DNA of 64,000 bases from Lama guanicoe (Eukaryota): the NCBI GenBank assembly GCA_013239625.1, contig MU053934.1, positions 5,722,399 to 5,786,398 on the forward strand. The letters run 5' to 3'. Below, piece after piece: positions 25,760-37,869 of this stretch (positions within the stretch are counted from its first letter, which is position 1; each line of letters opens with the position of its first letter). The notes under the pieces were generated by a model that saw only the letters and a program-made list of their open reading frames with translations, had not been told where the DNA came from and did not search any database. A program made the translations under genes and the position numbers.

Positions 25760-26910
25760 ATTTCACCACAATAATGTTTTAGCCATTTTTTTTCTTTTAT
25801 GTTTTAGCCATTTTTAAGTGTACAATTCAGTGACATTAAATACACTCACATTGCTGTACAACCACCACAACTGTACTTCTCCAGAATGGTTTTATGATCT
25901 CATACTGAAACACTGTACCTATTAGGGAGTAAATCCTCATCCCCTCTTCCTCTAGCCCCTAGTAGCCACTGTCCCACTTTCTAACTCTGTGAGTTTGACC
26001 AGTCTAGGCAGCTCATATAAGTAGAGTCATCCAGTATTTGTCCTTTGGTTTCTAACTTATTTCATTTAGCATAATGTCTTCAGGATTCATCCATGATGTT
26101 TGTAGCATATATCCAAATTTCCTTCTTTTTTAAGACTAAATAATATTTCATTGTATGTGTGTGCAACATTTTGTTTATCTGTTCATCCGTTGGTGGTCAT
26201 ATGGGTTTTTTCCATCTCTAAGCCAATGTGAGTAATTCTGCTGAGAACACTAGTAGAAATATCTGGTCAAGTCCTAACTTTCTTTGAGTATATCCTGAGA
26301 AATGGAATTGCTGGATTAAATGTTAATTCTATGTTTAATCTTTTTGAGGAACCACGATACAATTCACAAGGGTTCCAATTTCTCCATATCCATGACATTC
26401 TGGGTTTTTCTGTTGTTGTTGTTGTTTCTGTTTTTTTGTTTTTGTTTTTTTTTCCGGTAGCAGCCATCCTAATGGGTATGAAGTGATATCTGATTTGGGG
26501 TTTTTCTTTAATATAATTTTTAAAGATTACACTCCATTTACAGTTATTACAAAATATTGGCTGTATTTCCCATGCTGTATAGTACATCCTTGTAGCCTCT
26601 CTTACACCTCCTGCTCCCCAACCCCTAGGTTGCCCCTCCCCTCCTTCTCCCCATTGTAACCACAGTTTGTTCTCTGTATCTGTGAATCTACTTTTTTTGT
26701 TATATTCACTAGTTTGTTATATTTATTAGATCTACATATAAGTGATATCATACAGTATTTGTCTTTCTCTATCTGACTTATTTCACTTACCATAATGCCC
26801 TCCAAGTCCATCCATGTTGCTGCAAATGACGAAATTTCATTCTTTTTTATGGCTGATTTGCATTTCCTTAATGGTTAGTAATGTTGAGCATCTTTTCATG
26901 TGCTGATTGC
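25760..26910 (-). mobile_element. Old L1MB-like 3' fragment with a younger L1 3' fragment nested at about 26500-26853
   Basis: Two distinct L1 3'UTR types; the older element resumes at gatttgcatttcctta near 26855. Confidence 0.75.
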
Positions 26911-28685
26911 CGTCGAAACACTTTTAATCAGTATGTTTCACGCTATGCCTTAACCAAAATATCACCATGCAGAAATTTAGCAAAACAGCTCCAAATAATT
27001 CCAGGAATTAACAGTTTACCCCACCCTGATCCATTTTTAAGGCTTTTTCTAATAAGATAAAATGCTTAGTTTAATAACAATTACTTGCCTTACAATGTCT
27101 TATAATTAGATTAGACAATCAAAATGCACGTGCTGAATCCAAACATTTACAGTATTTAATGTGGGGTTGGTATAGATTTAAACAGATAGCCAAACCATCC
27201 ACTTGTACTTTCTTGTGTTTTTGTACAAACTGTACAATTCTTTTGCTTCTCGGATCTATCTCTCTCTCTCCTTCTTGGCATATGTCTGCTGAATTATTAA
27301 GAATCATAATCTATCATGAATCAACTGTAAATATTCACCAGCCAATTCTCCTACATAGGGGATAACATCCTGAGAAGGCTTTAATGCAGTCTGCCATTAT
27401 ATTTGATCGTTAGTAACATTATTATCATAAGTTTTATTAGTATCTACAATGTTAATTTTACTTATGACTCCATATTACACCTTACAACAATACCTTTGTA
27501 GTTACAGGATAAATCAGGCAAAATAGTGGTATAATTATTTTGTTGTTCCCCACCCAGTCTACCTTTTCCCATATACCATGTAGTATTTCTCATTAGAGTA
27601 TAAATCAGAGGCCATATCTGTTACTTCAGAGTCAAAACATCTTGAGTACATAGCCATGTTCCTTCTCCCAGGTTATGTGGTTTGACAGATACTGGTGCCC
27701 AGGGAGAAGAGTCCTGCAACAGAACCCATTAATCTGCCACAAGAAGCACTGTAGTGCTATTTCAAATTTGTCCAGTACTCACAAACTGCTCTATAGGGAA
27801 AGAATGGTTAGCACTCATTTGGGGCACTAAAGCCAGTAAAGAGCACCTTGACAGGTTGCATCCTCTAGTTAACATTTTCTGTAGACTGCAGGGCCTGTAA
27901 CTCTCCCATAACTGTGTACCCTGGATTTCTGCTGGGGAATCCCTGGCCATAGTGCTTGGGGTACCTTGGACTCCATTTGAATTAAGATATCTAATGACCT
28001 CACTTATGTTAGCATGCAAGCTTGTTCTGTTCCCACTCCTGGGTTGATCTGGGCATGTTGTCTGTCTGTGCTCTAATTAAAAGATTCACTTTGTGAGCAC
28101 TGTGTCATCACTTCAAGTGGCTTGCCACACGTGTCCTTACTCCTGGAACAGGATACCTTCAGGGCACCCTATTCACGTTAGTAGTCTTTTTCAATCATAG
28201 GTGTTTCCTCACTGAAAGCAAGTCTGTGTGGCCAACACTCCTAGCCCAGCTCTCATTTCAGATGGGCCAACACCAGACGTGTTGTTGCCATTAATTACTA
28301 ACTGCTTTAGTATAATTAAGAAATAAATTTGGTACCCCGAAGCAGTAACCCCTCCAGGCCTAGATCATATGAGAAGTAGTCACTCCTGAACAGACTTTGG
28401 TTTGACTTTTCTATAGCACTTCCCATGACCAACCACAACAAATTTCAAAATTCTCAGGAATGTAGCCTCACTAAGTTTCACTTAGTTCTCTTTTTTTTTG
28501 TCAGTAATCCCAGTGTCCCAAGTGTCCCTCCTCTTCAGGCCTATTCACCCACAGTAACAGGGCAAATAGCTATTTTTAGACATAATGTTATTATGACAGA
28601 TGGGACATGTCATTCTACCATCATATTGTGATACCTTTTTTAAATCTTCATCATACAATCAATGGCTACATAATGTTCATTTAGA

Positions 28686-28829
28686 TTATTTTTTGTTTTT
28701 TTGAGGGGGAAAGGTAATTAGGGTTATTTATTTATTTAATTTATTTTTAAATGGAGGTACTGAGGATTGAACCCAGGACCTCGTGCATGCTAAGCATGTG
28801 TTCTACCACTGAGCTATACCATCCCCCCC
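28686..28829 (-). mobile_element. tRNA-Ala-derived SINE (vic-1-like) inserted in the ERVL-associated region
   Basis: Reverse complement of the same head and tail module as the other copies. Confidence 0.87.
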
Positions 28830-29129
28830 ACCTTATTATTAAATCAGTGTTTTTCAAGTTCAACCAGTTAAATAGTCCCACAGTTTGCTTCCTAACACAG
28901 ATCCTCTATGATAGATCCACCCTATGAAATGAGGATCAAAGAAGCTAGCTACATTCATATACTCATACACAGAGCTCCTGTCTCTTCATCCATTTTGAGG
29001 ACACATGCACTCTGGAAAGTGTGTTTGTTAGGTTAACTATTGTCTAGCTCCCTTTTTGGCTCTTGAGAAGAGAAGGAGATTTCATCAGAGCCCTTCGCCC
29101 CAAGAGGCTTCTGAGTCAAAGCTAAGAGA

Positions 29130-31560
29130 AATACTATTCTCTTGCTTTAAACGTCTCTTGAGACACCAAAATTATGTTAATTTTCCCTTTTGTGGCACCC
29201 ATTTATTGGTTCCCTTTCCCTCAGCAACAGTCTTGCCTTTCCATTTATCATTAATTTTAACCCACACCTTTCCCCCTAAAGTAGAATGTTCTGTTACAGC
29301 CACTGAGCTAGTCCATTCCCAATAACGAGGGGAAAGATTGGATAATTACAGAAAAATGGGGCTATACTATTAGCTGTAGGGGCAATTTTTATTAACAATA
29401 TGAGCTTCAGTGGGAGCCAGTGGTCCATGCCATTGTCCAGTGCATCTGCCTGGGTTGAATTCCTCCATGTCCATTCATTTCATGGACCTTTGTTGCTATT
29501 TCAGAAGATCAAATTAGGCCATCAGCTTGTTATTCCGATCACCTTCAAACCCTAGCATAGGGTTTTTTGGTGAGCATCAACATGTCCTACTTTGATTTGC
29601 CCTTAGAATTTCCGCAGAGATTTACAACAGGTGGTGGCCCACATGTGGGGATCTTTTATTGTTCAGTTATTTGTGGCCCACTTGTTAGACCAATTGCAAG
29701 TCTACTGGCAACAACCCAGTAGTCAGTATTTACCCACATAATAAGGCTCTTATTTGTGTCCGGTTCCTCTGTCATGGCTGGGAACATAGCATGTAATTCA
29801 GCTTAGTGGATCAACTCATTCTTACCTTTTTTGTTAGGGATTTCACCTTCTGCTGGACTCAACATCTGCTTTCAGTACCAAATTGCCCTCAGTTCTGAAA
29901 CTACCATTGGTGAACCAGACCAATTGCCTAGCATCCTTGGGCAGTTGGTGAGGAGGAAGGATCTGAGAAAAAGGCCCATGGGTACCCTGGTGACATGCTC
30001 CATATAGTGCATTTCCATTTTATGATGGAACGCCTCTGGGCCTTGCCCTTTTATTGGAATGCTTTTCTGGCATGAAGTAATACTGTAAATGTATATTGGA
30101 AACCACTCTACGTGAATGTAAATTGTTGCAGGCTTTCACTGGTGACTGATAATGAGAAAAATGCATTAGTGAGATCAGTGTGGGATACTGGTCTCCTTTA
30201 GTTTGTTGTATCCGTTGAGTAGTCTGGACCATATTGGGGACAGCTGAGTGTCTTGAGAATGTGGTGTTACTGAGCCCCCCTCTCCCGATGGCCTACTGTT
30301 AGTGACTTGATTCATTAGCCTTCCTCACAGGCCACTGGGCTGTCTCAGTGAGTTTATGAACACTAATATAACTGCACATGAAATTTCTTTATTCAGGGGA
30401 GTACTGCCTTCCAGGTATCCTGTAGAGTTTTCGGTTTTCTGGCTGAGTTGGCTTAGGTTAATTCTAAAGGCTCCACGTTGCCTGTTTGATGAGTACAGGA
30501 TAAAGGGATGATCCTAGTTATTCTTTTATATATATATTACATATATATATATACACATTACATTTATATATATATTACTCAGTAGAGGGGAGGAATTTCC
30601 ATTCAAACGTTATCTCCATATCAATTATGCATTCAGGTAAGGGAGACACCACAATATATATTGTTTTATCATATATTCCAACTTTTAACCAGACTTTAAT
30701 TTTTATCCCTGTCACAGCATCCTCATGTTCCCCTGAATTAACTCTGTCATCCCTAAGCGTCTAATTTCAGCCCTAAGCACTACTGTACACTATGCTTCTG
30801 TACCCAGTAGTTCTAAAAGAATTTCTTCTCTACCTCCAGTCATTCATGTATACATTTGTAAAAGGTCTTGAATCCCCTGCCAGGGACCCTGGAAGAAGAT
30901 TGATATGAAGACCAGGGTCCATTTATAAGACAAGGGAGAGGCAGGGCAGTTGTCCATCTCTGGATATATATGGTGGACCCCTCCCTTAATCCATTTTCGT
31001 AAACTAGGGGTTTCCCTGTAACAAAAGTGAGCTCTAACATTCTCCTCCACTCAACAATGTTTAAAGCCAGAGACATTGCTCCTTGATCTTAAATTCTTAG
31101 GAGCCATTTTTAGCAGAAGTTTATCAGAGTGTTGCATGTAAATCTAAAAAATGGCCCATTTCCTTTACTGAATAACCCCTTCTGTGGTTTTTTTGTCCTC
31201 CATCTATCATTTTGCCCTACTTGAATTATCTTAGTTGTAGTGTGTCTCACAAGCTTAGCTGGTTTGTCAAAAATTGTAGTGGCCCAGCTTCCTTTGGTTA
31301 GAGCTCCCCCTGCAGCCCAAAGAGGGTGAACCTCATCTAAAGAAGATTCTGAGCTTGTTTGCAGCCAATGCTGAAAGCCACAACCACACCAGAGTTTTTT
31401 AGCTGAACTGCCATCGATTTGCAGTTCTCTTCCAATCCATTTTATGCTAGCTCCTAACATTCAGTTTCTGTCATTTCCAGACTCCACTGATTTCAAAGCC
31501 AATGTACTTCAAGCTAGTGGTGGCTTGGCAATCACCTAAGCTCATAGTTTCATTTTCATC
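29130..31560 (-). mobile_element. ERVL-class internal remnant (gag-pro-pol, decayed and internally deleted)
   Basis: Minus-strand peptides in proviral order: LLGTEA* (protease LLDTGA-like, ~30800), VVSPLPECII (~30640), YRIPG (~30415), WFTNGS (~29910), NTDYWVVA (~29720), IKVGHVDAHQK (~29580), VHEMNGHGG (~29470), KVWV...VAEGKGTNKWV (~29240). Confidence 0.85.
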
Positions 31561-31624
31561 CCCTTTATCAGAATCATTCTTTTTTCTTTCAAAATAATGC
31601 CTTAACCTTATGTAATTAATAATA

Positions 31625-31865
31625 ATTCAGATATGCTGGAAAAACTGGGTATCCACACGCAAAATAATGATGTTGAACCTCTACCTCATAACATATACAA
31701 AAATTAATTCAAAATGGATCAAAGACCTAACCCTATGAGCTAAAACTATATAAAACTCTTAGAAGAAAATATAAGATTGACTCTTTATGACCTTGAATTT
31801 GTCAGTGGATTTTTAGATATGGGTCTAGTATTCACAATATGTAAAGAATTCTTGCAACTCAAAGA
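31625..31865 (+). mobile_element. L1 ORF2 3' fragment
   Basis: tgctggaaaaactgggtatccac...atatacaaaaattaattcaaaatggatcaaagacctaa. Confidence 0.75.
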
Positions 31866-32612
31866 CATATATAGTCAGCTGGAATTAAATGCTGTGAAGA
31901 AAAATAAAGCAATGGAAAGAGATAAAGCATGATGAAAAGTGCTTATTTAGATAGGGTGGTCAGGAAAGGCCTCTCTAAGGATGACACATTTAAGGAAAGA
32001 TCAGAATATGAAAAAGGAGCAGCCAAGCAGATATTCCCATTGCTTCCCACTTGCTTTTCCTCTCTGGGGCTTTATGATGATGTCATTACCTTGTATTGAG
32101 AAAAGTTATTAAAAACATTCCTTCCACAATTCATTTACTCTCAGAATGTAAGAAGTCGAGAGAAGTCTGTAGTTGTAGTATCATATAATCATATCTCTGT
32201 GTAACTGATTTGTTTTTATCCCACAGACATTGGAAATTATATAGCTGACAGTTTCTCTTTCCACGTTGACTGCTAGAAAACTCAGGGATTAATTTGTGCC
32301 CTGTCCTCATTGGCCATAGTACTTGTGAAGGTCATTATGGTGTGCCTTTTTTTTTTCCCTAGCTCCATTCTCCTCAAACCTTGATTTTCTTTAACTCTAC
32401 CATGAATTTATGCTCTCCTGTTATATTTTATGTATCCATGTAAGTTAATCAAAATCCTTTCTAGAACAAGGTGAATTATAAACATGTATATTTATAAAAA
32501 TAGAAAACATATAGTCAACTATACTTCAATTAAAAGTAAATAAATACTAAAAAAAAATCATAACACATATAATGTGACTATCACAGAGAATTAAAGTCTT
32601 TATTGTATAGGC

Positions 32613-32774
32613 CAGTGGTTCTCAACTGGGGCAGTTTTGTCCCCCAGGGGACATTTGGCAATATAATTATCACAGTTGCGGAAGGCTACTTTCATCCTAT
32701 GTTGAATAGGACAGCCACCAAATGAAGAATAATCTGGCCCAAAATGTTGATAGTGCCAACGTTGGGAAACACTG
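32613..32774. mobile_element. MER20-like hAT-Charlie element (internally deleted)
   Basis: cagtggttctcaactgggg...ccaggggacatttggcaat...gttgggaaacactg; the ends form terminal inverted repeats. Confidence 0.8.
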
Positions 32775-33118
32775 CTATAGACTGGACCAGTCAACCCATA
32801 ATTTCATACATTCCAGGGCTGTTGAAACATCTTGTAACCTAAATGACAAGTGTTTCCATGTAGCTTATTCTAGCTTACAATGTATATTCTAACTGGGAAG
32901 GTTGGGTGCCCTGCCACTAAGTCTGTCTAGTCCACTATTCCTGAAAGCACTTTTTTCCTCTTTGGAAATCTATATTATGATGCCTGCAAAGTCACAGCTT
33001 CAGGTCAACAGAATTGAGGAGAAAGCTGCTTTTCGTTTGAGCTCCAGTATTTTGAATATTTGAATAAGCAACATAGTTAAAATGAGACTGTTCTTTTCAT
33101 CCGTCCTTCTCTTTGCAG

Positions 33119-33181
33119 GCTTTCGTAGAGACCATGTTTGCTAGTAAAGCCCCTGTGGAGGAAGGCTTTCTTTACGCTAAG
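33119..33181 (+). CDS. XPNPEP3: XPNPEP3 exon 5
   Basis: ctttgcag acceptor; [21 protein letters not shown]; gtgagc donor; 63 nt. Confidence 0.95.
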
Positions 33182-34070
33182 GTGAGCTTTAAATGGCTAG
33201 AAAAGTTTTGCTGGAGGCAAATGTAATTTCATTGATTTGCACATGGCATCCATTTGGCTTTCATGGAAGTGAGCAGGATATCAGTGGAGAGGATTTGGTT
33301 CTTAAAGTCACAAGTAATTTATTAGATGAGCCTAAAATGTGAAGAGCCACAACTAAAGGAGAAAATTGCAAAGTATAACAGATACAGAAGGAAAGACTTT
33401 CACAAATGTGAGGTAAGAAGAATACTGTTCAAGTAAATGTAAAGGCAGAGAATCTGAGGCTATATGGTAGATATCAGATACGAAACAGTCGCCAGCTCTG
33501 TCCTAGGACATAATGAAGTTAGTAGAGTTTACCACTTGCCTAGCATCCTTTTTCATAGTTCTAGAGTCTGTAGGTTGGTAGCTTTTTGAAAGGTTGAAAT
33601 TGCTCATTGAGAGCTGTTGTTCAAAATGCAAGCTGTATTCCAGTGTTGATCTAAATAAAAATAAACAAACAGTAATTTTACATGACCATCTCTGTACTCA
33701 GCCTTCATTGTAAGTTTTCTGTGTTCTCTTCTTGACTTAACAGTTTGAAAATCATAGGAAATTTAGAGCACTCAGAAGGAAAGAACAGATTTAATAATAG
33801 ATTTGAATAACAGTATTGGGCTGAGAACGAAAAAGATGGACTGAGTATATACATCTATCAAAATTCATCAAATTGTACATCTGAAAAAAAAAGAAATGGA
33901 CTGAAATTATAGCATAAAATTTCAGTTAAATGTGACGGATGGTTTTCTAGTAATGACTTCAGTACTTGAGTGGACGTATGGGCCATTGAAGAGAACCTGG
34001 GCTGGGACAGCCCTAAAGAAATCCTTTCTTCAGTTTAGACTTTTAGTCATACTTTGCTGTTGTTTTTCAG

Positions 34071-34184
34071 TTTGAATTTGAGTGCCGGGCCCGTGGTGCA
34101 GACATCTTAGCCTACCCACCTGTGGTTGCTGGAGGTAATCGGTCAAACACTTTGCACTATGTGAAGAATAATCAGCTCATCAAG
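34071..34184 (+). CDS. XPNPEP3: XPNPEP3 exon 6
   Basis: tttttcag acceptor; [38 protein letters not shown]; gtacac donor; 114 nt. Confidence 0.96.
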
Positions 34185-34639
34185 GTACACAAAATGCTTT
34201 CAGTGCTGCTCCCTCTCGGTCCAGATGCCCTCTTAGAAAACTCACGGTCCCTTCACCCTCAGCTTTCACAGAATAACTGCCATTCATAAATCATGGTGTT
34301 TATAAAATGCTTTTACAGGCATTATCTCATTTGATCCTTCCATTAGCACTGTGAGGTAGGAGCAGTTATTAACATGCTTGTTGAATAGATGAAGAAAATA
34401 AACTTTAAAAAATTAGGTAATTCATTAGTGCCGAACCAGCTATTCTATTCTAAAGCCTCTGCTCATTTCCTTTGATAACACTGCTTCTCTAAGGACTTGT
34501 GGCAGCAGTGGGCCAAGCACATTGTGGAAGCAGGCAGATTTTAAGGATACCTTATTAGCTGTGAGGGAAGTTATCTTTTATGGTTTTCTCCCCAAGTGAC
34601 TATATAAACAGAGAATTGTGTATTCCTTTAATAAGTCTA

Positions 34640-36900
34640 CTTCTAATTATATATTTTAATATACAGTAAATTCAAAAGAATAAATATAGCAAATGTGTGA
34701 ATTATACAACATAATTTTTTTAAATGAATACCCGTGAACCAACCAGTCAACTCAAGAGCTAGAGCATTACCAGTATGTTACATCTACTTAGGTACCCTTA
34801 TGCTCTGCCATCCTACAGCCCCTCTCCCAAAGGGCACTAACTGATACCCTAACTTTTTGTCACTGTCTTGATTTCTTTCAGTAGTTTTATCTTATAGACA
34901 TGATTCCCCCAGACAATCTTCATTAGTTCTACTTGTTTAGGGACTATATAAAAGTTACATACTTCTGTATGTAGTTTAGGGGACTTAACTTTTTTTTAAC
35001 TCAAGTATGACAATACACATTTTTCTACTATTACAAGCAATGTTCTGTGAACATTCTTGTATATTATTCATGGTATATAAGTTCTCAAGTTTGTCTAAGG
35101 GACACTTAGTAATCGAATTGCTGGGTCATCAGATGAGCATATTTGCAACTTTAATAAAAAATACCAAACATTTCCAAAGTGGTTATATCAATTTATATAT
35201 CTCTTCCTTCTGAGATAGTTTGGTAGATTATATTTTTCTGCCATTTTTGCTAAGTTTTTTAATTTGCCCGTAGTGTTTTCTTATCTTTTAATCTTTTGTG
35301 TTCGTAGTTATGTACCTTTTTACATTCTTGATATATTTTTGCCTTTTCTTTTTTTCTAATAGATCTTAATAGATCATTTCTTCAAAATGTAAACATACAT
35401 ATTCCTTATGAACTAGCAATTCCTTTTATAGGTATTTTTCCGAGAAAAATTGAGACATATATCCACAAAATGCCTTGTACTAGAATGATGATAGCAAGTT
35501 TACTCATAATAATCCAGGGGTCCATAACCAGGATATTGCCACATGGTAAATTCTTAAACTAAAAAGGAGCAAACTATAGCACTACCAACCACATGAGTGA
35601 TCTTGAAAGCATTATGCTGAAAAAAATAAGCCAGACACAAAAGATTACAAACTATTTGACTCCATTTATATAAAATTCTGAAATAAGCAAAACTAATCTA
35701 TAGTGATAGAAATTTGATCAGTGGTTGCTTCTGATGCAGCGTTGACTGGGTTAGGGGTGTGAGGTGTGGTTACATGGCTGTATACATGTGACAAAACTGA
35801 CTTAAATTTGTATGCTGAAGATCTGTGCAAAGAAATCTCACTAGAGGTTTGTTGGTTTTTACTAGTCGTTTAAAACCAACTTTTCACATCATTAATGCTG
35901 TTTTGACTTTGTTTATCATCTCATTACCTGGTGCCCTGGCCTTTGTTAATTTTACTCTTCTACTCTTTGTGTTTATTCTTCTGTTCTTTTTCTAGCTTCT
36001 TAAATCGGATGCTAAACTCATTCATTTTCATCCTTTCTTCTTGTCTGGTTATTCAAGGATAGAGATCTCACTTTCATTAGATTCCTACATCCTCTCCGTT
36101 CAGTCCTTCAGTGGCTTCAGTTAGACATGTAGCAGAGCTCTCTGTTTTTAGCAAGCTAAACTGTCTTTTGTGTTTACATTTGCCTTGTCTGTCTCTGTCA
36201 CACTCTAGTTGGTAGGTCTGTCTCTCAGGAAACTAAATTTTCTCCTCATTTGTCTAATCTGCTACTTCCGCCATCCACTGAGTGTTTTATTTCAGCACTT
36301 GTTTTTATTTCCATTTGGTTCCTTTCAAATCTGCCTAGTTTCAGTGGTCTCTTGTTTCTTGTTAATCTTTGTGATTCTATTCTTTATTTAAACATCTCAT
36401 AATAGCTATTCAATATCTGATCATTCCATTATCTGAAATCCTGGAATATCTAAATTTGGTATTTGTTGTTCCTACTGACTGTCACACAATGACCTACTGC
36501 CTCATATACTTGACAGCCTTTGGTTATGAGCTCATATTTGCTTCATGTTATTTTTGGGAAATCATGCAAGCCCAAACTGGGGGGATACTTCCTTTAACTG
36601 TTATTTGCCTATGCTTTAGCCGGAAGTGAAGTGGGTCCTAATGACCTGGGCCCTGTTATCTGCTGTGAGCATCCTGGGTTAATGCAGTGATCTCCGGTTC
36701 ATTTTCCCCACTTTGCTACACCTCCTTTCCTGTAAACTGTAACACTTACCATATCACTGCTCCCAGTTCTAGTTTCAGTTCTGGGTTGTCTTTATTAAAA
36801 TAAAATTTTAAAAAAAGTCTTTAAGACGTCTCTTACATGATGTAATGTCATCATTTCATAAAATATGTTTTTATCCACGATCTAGTTGTTTTCTAAAATT
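34640..36900. mobile_element. Cluster of old L1 fragments in both orientations
   Basis: L1ME-type 3' motifs on the minus (~34640-35340) and plus (~35380-35830) strands, then T-rich L1-like sequence. Confidence 0.55.
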
Positions 36901-37540
36901 TATTCTATCATTTTGCCAGAAAAAAGCTACTTTCGTTCTTAGAAGTTGCCATTGTTACGTTTATACTTATTTGGCCATTATTCTGTGTGCTAAGTTTCTG
37001 TGCTTATTTAGATATGAATAAGATATGGCCTATCTTCAAGGGTATAAATAGAAAATTTCAATGTAACATGACAAGTAGTAAAACTGAGATGTACCCAAAG
37101 GGGTTTTTTTGCCCCTACATGTATTTTGATGGAGAGCAGAAGGGGAAATGATATTCTAAAGTTAAATGGTTAAAGGTAATTGCATTTGAATAAAGGCCCT
37201 GGATACCAACTTGTATAGAATTTTTTTTTATTAGTAATGATAATGGTAACATTTATGCTGTGCTGATGTTTACACCTAGTAGGTCAAACCCAAGCACTGT
37301 GGTTCCAGAGCCAATGCGCGTAACTGCTATACAGTGCCGTCTTACTTGAGCCAATGTGAAGTCATTTGAAAAACTTAGGTGCTATTTCTTGTGAGAAGGA
37401 ACCAGAGAAGATTAGTCTCCTTTAAATTAGACCTTTTTTTTTAATAAATAAAATGAAAGCCATAAAGAGTTTAAATTAGAAGAAGAAACAACCGACAGTT
37501 ATAAAGTCACCTGCTTTTGCCTACCTTACTTTTGTTCCAG

Positions 37541-37626
37541 GATGGGGAAATGGTGCTGCTGGATGGCGGTTGTGAGTCTTCTTGCTACGTGAGTGACATC
37601 ACTCGAACCTGGCCTGTCAATGGCAG
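37541..37626 (+). CDS. XPNPEP3: XPNPEP3 exon 7 (two metal-ligand Asp motifs)
   Basis: ttccag acceptor; [28 protein letters not shown](R), with the M24 peptidase LDGG and SDITRT motifs; gtaggg donor; 86 nt. Confidence 0.97.
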
Positions 37627-37869
37627 GTAGGGCTTCTACAGATCCCGCTGCTTCTTAGGAGTATGAGTTGGAATGTGGATATATTTGGAATAAACAACTA
37701 GAGAAATAGACGGGTCCCCTCTAGCTCAGGTTAACTGCCTTTGCAGAATTCCTGGTTATTTTCCTCAAGACTGTTTTATTCATTTATCTCAGGCTCAGGC
37801 ACCTAAAAACACCTAGTTAATACACATGCATACATATTTTTAAAAAAATAAACTTAAAGTTTTAGTTTT

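Noticed and set aside
31110..31460. 116-aa minus-strand ORF as a domesticated gag gene
   Set aside because: Short, non-ATG start, and embedded in an ERVL remnant with stops and frameshifts. No sign of preserved coding capacity.
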